Made by a program: the position numbers and the translations under genes
Origin: Dictyostelium discoideum
Taxonomy: Eukaryota
Direction: 5' to 3'
Assembly (NCBI GenBank): GCA_000004695.1
Contig: CM000152.2
Location: 2,272,001 to 2,336,000, forward strand
Length of the DNA stretch: 64,000 nucleotides
Notes under the pieces: model-generated
What the model was told of the DNA's origin: nothing
What the model saw: only the letters and a program-made list of their open reading frames with translations
Database searches by the model: none
Shown here: in pieces, positions 30,296 to 43,396 of the stretch
How the letters are laid out: each line of letters starts with the position of its first letter
Numbering within the stretch: the stretch's first letter is position 1

Positions 30296-33061
30296 ATGGA
30301 AGATGAAGTCACTAAACATAAGGCAATTATATCAAATAATGAAGCCTATGCAATTATTAGAGCGATATTATGTTTATATTCAGTGAATAAAACAGAAGAA
30401 TTTAAAAATAGTGCCAATGAAAAAACAATGGGACCAGTATTAAAGAAAGCATTTGGATTATCAGATGAACAATATAATGAAATCAGTGAAAAGATATTAG
30501 AATATTCTACAGAAGAAATTACAATCTCTGAATTACAATTAAGATATGCTTGGAAAGATAATCATCCAATTTATAAAAGTAAAGCATTCAAAGATCCAGA
30601 TGGACATACTAAATGGCAAAAAAAAGAATTTCAAGATATTAAAAAATTATTAAAAGATCCATCACTTTTAGATTTAAATACAAAATTACAATTAAATGAA
30701 AAAAACAATAATAATAATAATAACAATGAAAATAATTTAAAACCCTCAATTCAAGATGTATTTAATATTACATTAAAAAAACATACAATTGAAAAATCAA
30801 ATGGTGGTAAAGATAATATTCATATTGGTTATAAGATATTAGTTAATGCATTCCTTCAATATAGTTCACAAGAAGTTTATAGAGAAGATAGACAACATCC
30901 GATTAAATCATCATTATTAAAATCAAATGATTTATTTAATCTTGGTTTATTACCAGAGTTTACATGGATTTTAAATGAATATTCAATACTCTATGGTATT
31001 AGAGATTTCTATAGATTGCTTGTAATTTTCGATGTCCTAACAACTAGATTCGATGATAATTTAAATCAATTAAATTTATTATCAAATTGTTTTAAAAAAT
31101 TACAATCAATTAGAAAATTAATTCAAAATAATGAAACAATTGATGGTAGTGGTGGTAGTAATGGTATTAATTTAAATAATCAAAATGATTTTATAACTGA
31201 AGATGAAAATGATTTATTTAATAAAATTTCATCAAATTTATTTAATAATTTATTAATTAGAATTGGTAATTATAGAATTTGTTTTACACCAAATCAAGTT
31301 GAAAAATTACCACAACGCCAATCACAACATTATCAAAGATTAATTAAATCAATACCATTAACATTTGCATTAAATTTAATGAAATATATTGTTGATGAAT
31401 TATTCTCTGATTTAATTGATTTTCAAAGTGTACTTAAAAAAGCAATCATTGAAGCCAATGAAAAAGAATACATTAGATCAATGGAACATTTAGAAGCATT
31501 ATATAATGGTCAATTAAATTCAAATTATCAACAAATATTTTTATTATCAAAAGTTATAAATGATATAATTGATAAATGGTTTGATTGGGAAATTTATTAT
31601 TTTGATTTATCATTTTCTGAATTTTTAAAATTAAATAATAATCAAAATAATAATAATAACCAAAATAATAATAATCAAAAAATTCATTTAGAAATTATAT
31701 TTGAAACATTTTCAAATTTTATAAATAAATCAGTTTTAAATATTTATAAACGTTATTCAAATGAAGAACATACAGTTAGAAATAGTAAAAGTGGTAAATT
31801 GGAAGCTGCACCATGGATAACATGTTTATTTTCAGAGTTAATACCATCTTTGGTCAAATATAATGAGATTGTATTTGGTTTGTTTAAAAAGAAACCAATA
31901 CCATTAGAAGGTGAAATTAGTTTTTTAACAGGTCAGTTCATTTTAAATAGAATTTCAATTTTAAATACAAATATTAAACATTTAATAAAACATCAAGAAT
32001 GGAAACCAAATGGTAAAGGTGTCTTTCATAGTTCTTGTCCTATTGATTTCTTTGAATTCTTAACTCAATGTTATAGTGGTATTCAATCTTTGGAAATTAA
32101 ACTATCAATTCCATCCAATCCAATGACCAGATCATTTGGTACTAATCTAGGTGACACTTTCTTATTCTTTGTTAAAGGTATAAGAGCAGTGATTTTGGAA
32201 GATTTACCAATTGATCAACAAAAAATCATTTCAAATGTAATTGATAATGCAATCTCAAATCAAGTTACACCTAAACAGCTATTCCAAACATTGGTTGAAA
32301 ATGTTAGATTGCCAAAGTTATCAAGTTATAATATCACCGAGAGAATGTGTTTACAAATTAATGATATTGAACAATCTCGTGGTTTACTCTTGGATTTTGA
32401 TGATAAATATAATAATATCTTTAGAAATTCATTAAATGAATTATTCACAACTTTAAAAGATCATTGGAATTGTCTCTTGACTTATTATGTCTACAAAATG
32501 AATTGCTATATTAAACCAATCATTCAAAGCATTTCATTATCTTTGAATGATAATTCAACATCAAACTATACCAAAGAGTTATCCAATTTCATCGAAATTA
32601 ATCTTTCATTATCAAATAAAAAATTACAAGCAAATTTATTCCCTGTATTATTAAAAAGGTTATTTCAAAGTATTGTAAATAATATGTTGGAAATCATTTT
32701 ACCACCAAATAAAAAGAACTATAATAAAATGGTTGTTGAAAAATCACTATCAAATTTTAAAGGTTTAATGGATGAATTAACAAAAGTTTTCCATGGTGAA
32801 GGCGATAAAACAAGTTCCTATTTCGAATTAACTCTTGATGATTATACAAGAATTAAAAAAGTTATTGAACTCTACTCTTTCGAACCTCAACAACTCATTG
32901 AATTTCATAAAATACTTTTACGTTCTCATTCAAAATCAATTATCACCGAAAATGAAATTTCAAATTCAAATAATCTTTTAGATGAATCTTTTACAATTAT
33001 GATCTTTAAAAGAAGTGAAAGTAAAGAAATTGATAATTATTTAAAAAATTCAAATAAATAA
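30296..33061 (+). CDS. Hypothetical large (921 aa) predicted all-helical cytosolic protein, function unknown
   Basis: Single continuous ORF with a real ATG in an A-rich context (aaaaaaaATGG), balanced amino-acid composition and only short poly-N stretches. No domain recognisable from memory. Confidence 0.75.
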   Translation: MEDEVTKHKAIISNNEAYAIIRAILCLYSVNKTEEFKNSANEKTMGPVLKKAFGLSDEQYNEISEKILEYSTEEITISELQLRYAWKDNHPIYKSKAFKDPDGHTKWQKKEFQDIKKLLKDPSLLDLNTKLQLNEKNNNNNNNNENNLKPSIQDVFNITLKKHTIEKSNGGKDNIHIGYKILVNAFLQYSSQEVYREDRQHPIKSSLLKSNDLFNLGLLPEFTWILNEYSILYGIRDFYRLLVIFDVLTTRFDDNLNQLNLLSNCFKKLQSIRKLIQNNETIDGSGGSNGINLNNQNDFITEDENDLFNKISSNLFNNLLIRIGNYRICFTPNQVEKLPQRQSQHYQRLIKSIPLTFALNLMKYIVDELFSDLIDFQSVLKKAIIEANEKEYIRSMEHLEALYNGQLNSNYQQIFLLSKVINDIIDKWFDWEIYYFDLSFSEFLKLNNNQNNNNNQNNNNQKIHLEIIFETFSNFINKSVLNIYKRYSNEEHTVRNSKSGKLEAAPWITCLFSELIPSLVKYNEIVFGLFKKKPIPLEGEISFLTGQFILNRISILNTNIKHLIKHQEWKPNGKGVFHSSCPIDFFEFLTQCYSGIQSLEIKLSIPSNPMTRSFGTNLGDTFLFFVKGIRAVILEDLPIDQQKIISNVIDNAISNQVTPKQLFQTLVENVRLPKLSSYNITERMCLQINDIEQSRGLLLDFDDKYNNIFRNSLNELFTTLKDHWNCLLTYYVYKMNCYIKPIIQSISLSLNDNSTSNYTKELSNFIEINLSLSNKKLQANLFPVLLKRLFQSIVNNMLEIILPPNKKNYNKMVVEKSLSNFKGLMDELTKVFHGEGDKTSSYFELTLDDYTRIKKVIELYSFEPQQLIEFHKILLRSHSKSIITENEISNSNNLLDESFTIMIFKRSESKEIDNYLKNSNK

Positions 33062-33470
33062 ATAAATTTTTTTTTTTTTTTTAAAAAAATAATTTTGTTT
33101 AATTTTTTATTTTTATTTTTAGGATTTGGTTAATTTTTACACCCAAATTCGTAATTTGTAAAAAGATATCAAAATATTACCCCCAAAATAATTAAAAAAA
33201 AAAAAAAAAATTACACCCCCACACATCCCCAAAGTAATAAAAAAAAAAAAAAAAAAAAAAAAATTGTTGTGTTTTTATTTGATATTTTTTTTTTATTTTC
33301 CTAAATAAAAAAAAGAAACACTAACTCGCACCCCATTTAAAACCAGTAATAAAACAAAAAAAAAAAAAAATAATTAAAAAAAAAAAAAATATATTGAAAA
33401 AAAAAAAACAATATAAAAAAACAAACTAAAAATTTACTACATTAAAATAAAACCAAAAAAAATAAACATA

Positions 33471-33517
<47 letters not shown>

Positions 33518-33569
33518 AAATAATAATACTATTAAAATACTAAAACAAATAAGTAAATAAATAATAAAA

Positions 33570-33612
33570 TAATTAAATAATTAAATAATTAAATAATTAA
33601 ATAATTAAATAA
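33570..33612. repeat. (AATTAAAT)5 octamer tandem repeat, preceded by an (AAAT)n run at about 33470-33520
   Basis: aattaaataattaaataattaaataattaaataattaaat. Confidence 0.85.
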
Positions 33613-33661
33613 AAAGAAAAACAAAAAAAATTAATGGGTAAAACTATTAAAAACTATAAAT

Positions 33662-34772
33662 ATGAAAATTATTTTAAATATTATTTTTATTATTTTAATT
33701 TCTATTAAAATAATAAATGGTGAGCTATTAGTAATACCATCCATACAAGATCCTCATCAAAAGCAACTTGATCAAATAAAACAAGCACTATATTGTTTAA
33801 TAGAGCCAGGTTTAAATTTCAAAACCTATAGTTCACCAACAGTAAAAAATATAAATTCATACACATTCTCAAACCACAACAATGAAGGCCCCAACAATGA
33901 AGAAATGGAATTTTCAAGCAACACTGATACCACCACCACCACCACCACCACACTAGCGTCATCATGTTATAGATATAATCATAGTAGTATGGTAACATTA
34001 AATTGTGAAGGTGATAGAAATCAAGAATGGAAGAAAAATCAAAATAGTTTATTTAGTATTGACCAATACATATTAGTTGAAGATGTACTTTTAGATGAAA
34101 CAAACAATATATCCCATAAACTCATTACAATAGAACAAAGATTTAAAACCATACCATCAGAGAATGGTTCTGTCATTATTAATAATGTTAATGAACATAT
34201 TGCATACTTTCAAGCTTCATTTAATATTGAAAATAATTTACAACCTATAAATCCAAATGATGATAAGAAAAAAATAGTACAATTATCATTCTACAACTAT
34301 ACAGATCCATATGATAATCATTATAATACTGGTAATAATAACAACAACAACAATAAAAATAATAATAATAATGAATGGGACATTTCATTAAATTATAATA
34401 AAGAAAAGGATAGTTTAGCTTTTTTGTATTACCAAAAGAATCCAATTGATACAATGACTTCAACACCTGATAATATAAAACAATGGTTTAAAGAATCAGC
34501 TAGAAAAATGAAAACTGGAAAACATATTGCACCAATCTCATTCACTGGTATTGATGGATTTGTTACCTCCAAATGGATTGTACCATCTGATGTTGATTCA
34601 ATACTATTAAATGTAACCTATACAAGTACTATGGCTGATATTGTATTAAGTTTTCGTCACATTGAAAATAATAGTTATAAACTTGTTGAATTTGGTTTCC
34701 ACGATATTAAAAAATTGGATTTAAAAACTGGTTCAATTATACCAATTGAAAAACAATATTTTAATAGAAAGC

Positions 34773-34840
<68 letters not shown>

Positions 34841-34846
34841 AAATAA
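33662..34846 (+). CDS. Secreted hypothetical protein with signal peptide, poly-Thr linker and C-terminal poly-Gln (394 aa)
   Basis: ATG at 33662. N-terminal hydrophobic signal peptide MKIILNIIFIILISIKIINGE. Continuous ORF. The C-terminus is a (CAA)n run encoding about 30 Gln. Confidence 0.65.
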
Positions 34847-35295
34847 TTATTTTTGTTGTTGTAGTAATTACATAATAATATTTTATAATTTAATAAATAA
34901 ATAAAAAAGTTTATTTCAATTTATTTAGCATTTTTCTATTTTCATTTTACTTGAGTAGTTTTAAATAGAAATAGTGAAATAAATTAAAATATATTTATTT
35001 TTTTTTAAAAAAAGTTTGGAATCATTAATTAATGCTTTTTTTTATTTATTTATTTTATTTTATTTTTTAACTATATAATAATGAACCTCCACGACAATCA
35101 AAAATGACTGTATAAAATATTAAATGCTCCAAAATTGACTAACACCCAAAAAATGGATTTAATACATTAAAATTATAAAATATATTAAATACAGAATGTT
35201 TACATTCATTTTTTTATATTTTATATCATTTCGTGTATTTTTCAGTGTTCTATTTTTATACAATATTTTCATATTAAAAATATAAAATTAAATCA

Positions 35296-35331
<36 letters not shown>

Positions 35332-35457
35332 AAAATAAGTGTCGTTTTTTTTTTTTTTAAAGAAAAAAATTAAAAAAAATAAAATTAATTCACACCTCGG
35401 ACGATTTTTTTTTTTTTTTTTTTTATTTTTCAGAAATTTAAAAAATAAATAAAAAAA

Positions 35458-36309
35458 ATGGCAAACAAAGAGATAAAAAGAAAAACTACTGAACCAAAAA
35501 AAGAAATAATAAAAGAAGATGATAAAAAGAAAAAAATAGATGTTGTAGTATCAAAAAATAAAAAACAAAAAGTTGAATCACCACCATCTTCTGAAAGCGA
35601 ATCAGAAAGTGAATCAGAGTCAGAATCATCAGAATCAGAATCAGAATCAGAATCAGAATCAGAATCAGAATCAGAATCAGAATCAGAATCAGTTGAAAGT
35701 GAATCCTCAGAATCTGAATCTGAATCATCAGAATCTGAACAATCTGAAAGTGAATTAGAAAAAAAAAAAGAAAAAGAAAGAAAAGCATTTGAAAAATTAT
35801 CACCAAAAGAAAAAATTGATTATCAAAAGAAACAAATTGAAAAAGAATTTAAAGTACAAGAAAAAGAGAAAAAGAGAGAAAAAGAAAAGAAATTATTAAA
35901 GCAAGAGAAAATTAAAAAAGAATTGGAAGAAAAGAAATTAAAATCAAAAAATTCAGAGATTTTAATGTATTTAGATACTTGGAAAAATGATAAATCAAGT
36001 TGGAAATTTGAAAAGAATACTCAAGTTATTTTAATTAAAAATATTTATTCAATAGATACATTACCAGAGAAATATTTCAAAATCGCATTAGAATATTTAG
36101 CACCACTAAGAGGTTTAATTAAAGATAGAACTGTTGATGAAGCAAAACAAGTTATTACAAAATATAAAACAAGTCAAACTAAAAAGAAATTACCAAAATC
36201 TAAAACTGATAGTGATGATGAAAGTGATGATGATGATGATGAAATTGAAAAAGAAGATAAAATTAAATTCGAAAGAGCTCAAAGTATAATAGAAACTTTA
36301 GTTAAATAA
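35458..36309 (+). CDS. Acidic Ser/Glu-repeat, lysine-rich, nucleolar-type protein, 283 aa; possible C7orf50/DUF2373-like C-terminal domain (low confidence)
   Basis: ATG at 35458. (GAATCA)n encodes an (ES)n tract. KKEKE basic/acidic charged blocks. The C-terminal block DTWKNDKSSWKFEKNTQVILIKNIYSIDTLPEKYFKIALEYL resembles the WKFnK..Q.WLL motif of the C7orf50 family as I recall it, not verified. Confidence 0.65.
   Translation: MANKEIKRKTTEPKKEIIKEDDKKKKIDVVVSKNKKQKVESPPSSESESESESESESSESESESESESESESESESESVESESSESESESSESEQSESELEKKKEKERKAFEKLSPKEKIDYQKKQIEKEFKVQEKEKKREKEKKLLKQEKIKKELEEKKLKSKNSEILMYLDTWKNDKSSWKFEKNTQVILIKNIYSIDTLPEKYFKIALEYLAPLRGLIKDRTVDEAKQVITKYKTSQTKKKLPKSKTDSDDESDDDDDEIEKEDKIKFERAQSIIETLVK
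35630..35692 (+). repeat. Perfect (GAATCA)n hexamer repeat encoding (ES)n, inside the CDS at 35458-36309
   Basis: gaatcagaatcagaatca... about 10 units, with imperfect copies on both sides. Confidence 0.9.
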
Positions 36310-36569
36310 AAATTAATAAAAAAAAATAAAAAATAAAAAATAAAAAATAAAAAAGACTTGTAATATTTATCTAAAAGAAAATATATTTATTTTTATTTAC
36401 AACTTTTTATTTCGATTATTATTATTATTTTTTTTTTTTTTTTTTTTTGGATTTTTTTTTTTTTCTTTTTAATTATAAAAGAGCCTTATTATTTTTGGAA
36501 AATTATTTCTGGTTTGATTTTTTTTTTTTTTTTTTTTTATTATTATTATATTTTAATTAATTATTTGAC

Positions 36570-36570
<1 letters not shown>

Positions 36571-36614
<44 letters not shown>
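36571..36614. repeat. (GATT)11 microsatellite immediately 3' of the JmjC gene stop codon
   Basis: gattgattgatt... x11, ending 4 nt before the TAA (36621-36619, minus strand). Confidence 0.95.
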
Positions 36615-36618
36615 AATA

Positions 36619-37756
36619 TTAAATTATTTTTTTATTATTATAAAGTTCTTGTTTTACATATAAACCTTCTTCTTTTTCTTCAATTTGATTTTTATAGTTA
36701 AAGGCAGCAATATCTTTTTTCATGGCAATTTCAGGTTCAGTAGTATTGAATAAATCCTCCAATTGAGCGAGAGGAACCTCACCACATTTTAAGAGGAGAG
36801 TTTGATTAACTTCATCGAAACTAAATATTGATTTCTTACCTACGATACCTACGTACTCTTCTTGATCTTGGTCACCGAAAAACAAAACAACAATCTTTTT
36901 ACCTTGAATCAATGATGGGAGTAATTTAGTGTTTGGAGGAATTACAGATAAATCTTTAACCCAAATACATGGTAACAATGGACAACTATTTGTCTTTGCC
37001 CATAAAACACCACCGAAAGCTTTTCTTTGACTGAGATACAATTGAACTAAGGGAGGTAAATTTTCAATTGGCTTATAGTGTGGATTTGGTTTACCCAAGA
37101 TTGCATTATTAGAGGATCTAAACAATTCAATCAATGAAATAATAAATTTATGAGTTGATGTCCATTCTTTTAAATTCTTTGGTGGTCTACCTTTTGGTTT
37201 ATCATTATCTAAAACAATTGGTCTTTTCTTGGAATGCACATCCATTGGTTTTTGTGTTGATGTTGATGAAGAAGATAATGAAGTTGATAAACTTGAAAGT
37301 GATGATGTTGTTGGATTATTATTGTTATTATTATTATTATTGTTATTATGATGATGATGTGACATCATATGATGATTATTATTATTATTATTATTATTGT
37401 TATGATGATTATTGTTATTATTATTATTACCAGAAAAATGAGACATTAAACCATCATCACCACCATTACGTGGTCTTGGTTTTGTTGGTGTTGAGTTTGA
37501 TGATCCTGATCCTGATGATGATGATTGTTCATCATCATATTGACGTCCAGATTTTAAAATTTGAATATGACCATTATTATTATTGTTATTGTTATAATTA
37601 TTATTATTATTATTATTGTTATAATTATCATAACTACCATATGATTGTTGTTGAGAGAGTGAAGATAAAGCATTTAATGAAGAATATGATGAATTTAAAT
37701 TATTATTACCGTTATTATTATGATGATTATTATTATTAATATTGTTATTATTAATA

Positions 37757-37791
<35 letters not shown>

Positions 37792-37829
37792 ACTATTGTT
37801 GTTATTCATATTATTATTGTTATTATTAA

Positions 37830-37863
<34 letters not shown>

Positions 37864-39790
37864 ATTATTGTTGTTATTATTATTACTATTATTATTATTA
37901 TTATAAGGTAAACCAAGTTGTTGATTATTATTTAAAATACGTGGATGATTTGAAGAATTTGAATTACTAGTACAATTTGAACAATCGCAAAGTCCTTTAC
38001 AACAGAAACATTCCCATTCATTTCTTTTCATTAAAACTTGAAAGTTTTGACCAAAAGTATTGACTACACATTGTTCACAGAAACGAGCGTTACAATTGGT
38101 ACAAAAGATGATTGAAAACTTTTTAAAACGTTTTTCACATCTATGACATTTGATCTTCTTTTGAGAGGAATAAAAGACTACATGATAAGCGACAGTTGCA
38201 GTTGTAAGGAAACCACATTCATCAGAGACACGATCGGTTGATTTGGTGATGATATCATCGACTTCCTTTGGACGACGACCACTATGAGCCAATAGATTCT
38301 TGTAGATTTCATAGAAACTACTCAATTCTTTCTTTAATTTGCTATGAGAGATGAATTCTTTGAGTACCATAACCTTGAAATGGAATTCACAACCGATACC
38401 AGACGAGACACAATCGAAACAGAAATCCTTACCTTGACCATCATCGGTTTTACAAGTTTCACAATGGTAACAACGATTGAAGATATCAGAGTTACAATGA
38501 TCACAACGACGATCTTGAATACGGTCGCCATTAAAGTATTTGAAAGGTTGAAGGAATGGTATGGTTTCACCATTACAATAGGGATAGTTTGGTTTTGGGA
38601 TTAGGATGGACTCAGTTTGTAAAATGTTATGAAATATCTCCAACAATGGTGCAATGATATCGATGACATCGTTTACATCGATCGTATTGAAATTGGTATT
38701 CTCTACATCACCCATAATCTTTCTAAGGGTGTAATAAGCGATGGCTTTAATTCTAAAGAGTTCTGGTTTTGCCATTCTTCTTGTATGAGGTAATGATGAA
38801 AAGTAAGAGATTGGCAAAGACTTTAAAGAGATACTATTCCATGCTACCTTTGTTGAAATGCCTGGACCACAGTTTACCACTTGATGTACGGAATCGGGTG
38901 GAACGAAAATGAAATCTCCTGGACGTTGTTTAAATACGTATATTGGAAATGGAGCACCCAAAAGATCGATTGGTCTAATGAATCTTGATTCGTTGTAAAC
39001 GTCACCTCCCTTGTCACCCCAAAACTTTAATGCCTCATCTTTGTATTCAGTTGGAACTATAAACCACCATGCAAAAGCGTCTTGGTCACTTGATACCATA
39101 AGGTTTTGACTAAGACTGCCACACATATCGATATGGCCTGGTGTATAGGTACCATTGCTACCAATATAAACTAACAATGTCTCTGGTTGTAAATAATCTG
39201 GTAAATGTGATACTAAATCGAATCTACTCTTGTATGAATATTGTGGTTGAAGTTTATGTGAAAGATATTCTTGCCATTCGCGTGGACATGCTATATCTTT
39301 ACCATATAAATGTTTTGGATTTCTTTCTTCTGGTGAAACTTGTAAATATGATATAAAATCTTTCATTCTCCATCCTTGTAAATCTGTATGAGTTTCATTA
39401 TTTCTTGGTGAATTAATTAATTCCATTTCTGAATATCTTTCCTATTTTTTTTTTTTTTTTTATAATTTATTTAAAAAAAAAAAAAAAATAAAAAAAAAAA
39501 AGTTAGTATTTAAAACATTTTTTTTTTCTTTTTAAATTTAACCATATAGTGATATTGTTTATAATTTATTATTTATTTATTTTTTTTATTATTATTTGAT
39601 AAGATGATTTTTTTTTTTTTTTTTTTTTTTTTTCATTTGATTTAAAAAAAATTTAATTTAAAAAAAAAAAAAAAATTAATTTGAAAAAAAAAAAAAAAAT
39701 AAAAATTCTGATACGAAATAGTGATATTTTTAAATTGAAATTAAAAAACAAAAAATAAAATAAAATAAAATATTTTTTAATTTAAAAAAA

Positions 39791-39822
<32 letters not shown>

Positions 39823-40107
39823 TGAATAATAATGATGATAATAATAACTTACAGATAAAAAGTCAAGAGTAAACATATTACTTCTTGACCAACCTTGAGT
39901 TGTACCTGTTAATACAAATGGTTGACCTCTTTTTATTATATAATCCTCTACTATTTCTGGACTAGTTGTTTGGTATGGTTGGTTTGACATTATTATGAAA
40001 TTCGAATTTGGTGCCTTTATTAATTCTTCCATATTAAAATTAAGTATATTATCAACACTAGGAAGATACATTGGGAATTCTATATTTCTAGTTGTATCAA
40101 CTTGCAT
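36619..40107 (-). CDS. JmjC-domain (KDM3/JMJD1-like) protein with Cys-rich zinc fingers and C-terminal PWWP domain, about 1025 aa: join(40107..39853,39441..36619)
   Basis: Seen in sequence: the 125-aa ORF (ATG 40107) ends ..GQPFVLTGTTQGWSRSNMFTLDFLS|GTAAGT (39852-39847). An in-frame phase-0 acceptor aaaaatag|GAAAGATATTCAGAA sits 15 nt upstream of the ATG at 39426, giving ..DFLS|ERYSEMELINSPRNNETH.. Established knowledge supports the join: in KDM3-type proteins a W-containing block directly precedes the JmjC core, as here with (H..D...S...G.K.W..HQVVNCGPGISTKVAWN). Two C-rich fingers follow (CDHCNSDIFNRCYHCETC.., CHRCEKRF..CTNCNARFCEQC). After a poly-N/H region comes a PWWP-like block VLWAKTNSCPLLPCIWV...KKIVVLFFGDQDQEEY. 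The 411-bp intron is long for this genome, hence moderate confidence in the first exon. Confidence 0.7.
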
Positions 40108-40299
40108 CTTTTAAGATATATATATATATGTGTGTGTGTGTGTGGTATAGTTTTTATAAATGTATTATGTATATATTTATATAAGTTATTTATAAATATG
40201 TGTGTTTTTTTTATTTTTATTTTTATTTTTTTATTTTTATTTTTATTCGTTTTGTTTTTGCTGTAATTATTAACTATTAATTCTTTTATTTGTTTGATT

Positions 40300-40740
<441 letters not shown>

Positions 40741-40747
40741 AAACACT

Positions 40748-40847
40748 NNNNNNNNNNNNNNNNNNNNNNNNNNNNNNNNNNNNNNNNNNNNNNNNNNNNN
40801 NNNNNNNNNNNNNNNNNNNNNNNNNNNNNNNNNNNNNNNNNNNNNNN
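40748..40847. other. Assembly gap (100 N)
   Basis: Exactly 100 n characters. Confidence 1.
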
Positions 40848-40970
40848 TAAAAAAAATAAAAATAAAGAAAAAAAAAAAAAAAAAAAAAAAAGAATTCAAG
40901 ATAAAGATTATTATATTTGATTATCACTTTTTAAACCATAATAATTTAAAAAAAAAAACACTATCCTACG

Positions 40971-41014
<44 letters not shown>

Positions 41015-41264
41015 TTTTATTATTATTTTTTTTTTTTTTTTATTTTTTTTTTTTTTATTTTTTTTTTTTTTTTATTTTTTTTTTTTTTATTTTTTATTTT
41101 TTTTTCTCAAATTATTTTTTTAAAAAAAAAAGAAACACTCTTGGACCTTTTCTTAATGTTCAATCTATGGACAATAAATCTATTTTAACTAAATATCTAA
41201 TTTTTTAATTATTATTTTTTTTTTTTTTTAATTAAATATTTATTTTTATTTTTTTTTTTTTTTT

Positions 41265-42626
41265 TTAATAAAATAACACCATAGTATCTAGCAAATCAGA
41301 TAAAAAAGGAAGATGAATTGAATCTAAACCCTTTTTCCAAGCATTTGTAGTACTATCGACTTTAACTAAATGTCTAAGTTTCTCTTTGGTATCGGATAAT
41401 ATTGAGATAGAGATTCGACTAATTATTAATTGTACACCTTGAATTATACCACGTTGTATTGAGATACCACAAGAGGAGGATAGATTAATTTTATAAGATT
41501 TTGATATACTTTCTCTCATCTTTTTAATTTGATTTGATTCGATATTTGGTCTTTTAAAAAGTGCATACAATATAGACTTTACTCGAGTAATATATTTCCT
41601 ATAGCCAATTGTGAAACTACTATTATTTATACATGTTACATTTGAATTCATTAAAGAAATATACCACCCATTCCTATTTGGTATATCATAGAATAGTATA
41701 TTTGAAAAATGACTACTAACATTATCCCAAATCAATGGCAATCTATCACTATTATTACAAAATATATCAAATGCAATAACTTGACCCAACTGATTCAATT
41801 TCTTTTCACCACCATACCCTGAAAAGTATTCTTTATAATCTAAATCTTTAAATGATTTACCATTTGGTGCATATTCCATAACTATTTATTTTTTTAAAAA
41901 AAAAAAAAAATAATAAAATATTATTAGTATTAATGTTTTTTTTTTTTTTTTATTTTTTATTTTTTTAAAAAAAAAGAACTTACTTAAAAAAAATGATTTT
42001 AATAATTCCAATTTAATATAATCATATAAACTTTTATTAGTTTTTGAAGATATTGTTAAAAGTGATCTTGACATTTGAATATATTCATCATTTGAGTATT
42101 CTAATAATCTCATTTCGGGTATTGGTAATTTTAAGATACTTTCTAAAACAGATGCATAAACTTCTTGAACAATAGTTGTTGATGATTTTAATAAAACTTG
42201 ATTGTACTCACATTTATTATTTAAAAATGTTGCAATTAAAAATATATTTGAACTACCTAAATCAAGTTTATCAACACTAATTAATGATGACCAGTCAATA
42301 CAATGTATATTTGAATATTGAATCATTGGAATATATGAATTATTATTTTTATTTTTATTTTTATTATTATTATTATTATTATTATTTATTGAATTATTAT
42401 TATTATTAATATTATTATTATTTACACTATTATTACCAATATTAATATTATTATTATTTTCTATATTTTCTTCATTTATTTTATTCTCAATTATTATATT
42501 ATTTTTTATATCAGTACAAGTATTAGAGGTTGAATCATTTGTTGATTTTTTAATTTCTATATTATTTTTCTTATTTTTTATCTTTTCAAAAAAAAAGTTT
42601 TTTTTAAACACTTTTATTTTATTCAT
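41265..42626 (-). CDS. Actin-fragmin-kinase-like / atypical-kinase-like protein, about 419 aa: join(42626..41984,41881..41265)
   Basis: ATG 42626. Exon 1 ends ..LLKSFFL S (TTA A|GTAAGT, 41983-41978, phase 1). Acceptor aaataaatag|TT ATG at 41882/41881 (phase 1) gives ..SFFL-I-MEYAPNGKSFKDL.. The motif QLGQVIAFDIFCNNSDRLPLIWDN resembles the catalytic-loop region of actin-fragmin kinase family members (recalled, not verified). 102-bp intron. Confidence 0.6.
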
Positions 42627-43034
42627 TTTATTTTATTTTTAGTAATTACAAAAAAAAATACTGGTTTATTTAAAAATTGTCGGATTTGGGATTAATTTTA
42701 TTATTATTATTTTCCTTTCCCCCAAAAAAAAAAAATTGGTTAAAATTTTTTTAAATTTAAAAAATTAAATAAATAAATAAATAAATAAATTTTTAATATT
42801 AAATATGTGTCAATTATAATTGTGAATCAACTATAAATTATTCGTATTATATATATATATATATTTTTTTTTTTTGATATTTTTTTTTTTGAGTTAAATT
42901 TAAAAATAGATTATTGGATATATGTTGCTATTGTTATAAATAGATTTTTTTTTTTTGGGTTTGAATGTGTGTTTTTCTTTATTTTTACAGTGATATTAAT
43001 CTTATTTTATTTATTTAAATCTAAATCTTTAAGG

Positions 43035-43067
<33 letters not shown>

Positions 43068-43337
43068 AAAAAAAATAAAAAAATAAAAAATACTAATTTA
43101 AAATGTAATCTTTTAAAAAAAAATAAAAAATAAAAAAAATAAAAAAAATGAATAAAAAAATAATATTGAGAATGCAAATAAAAAAAACAATTGCCATATG
43201 CTAATATAGACTCACACCTCCAATTTAAATAAAAACACCATAACACACTACCCACACTATTAAACCACACCCTTAATAATTTTCTAAAATTATTTTATGT
43301 ATGATAAAATACTTCCCTTAAATAGTTCATACTCATA

Positions 43338-43396
43338 ACACTTACTTCTCTCTCTCTATTTCTCTCTCCCACACACACACACACAAACACACACTT
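43338..43396. repeat. Compound (CT)n / (CA)n dinucleotide microsatellite
   Basis: ttctctctctctatttctctctcccacacacacacacacaaacacacac. Confidence 0.85.
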
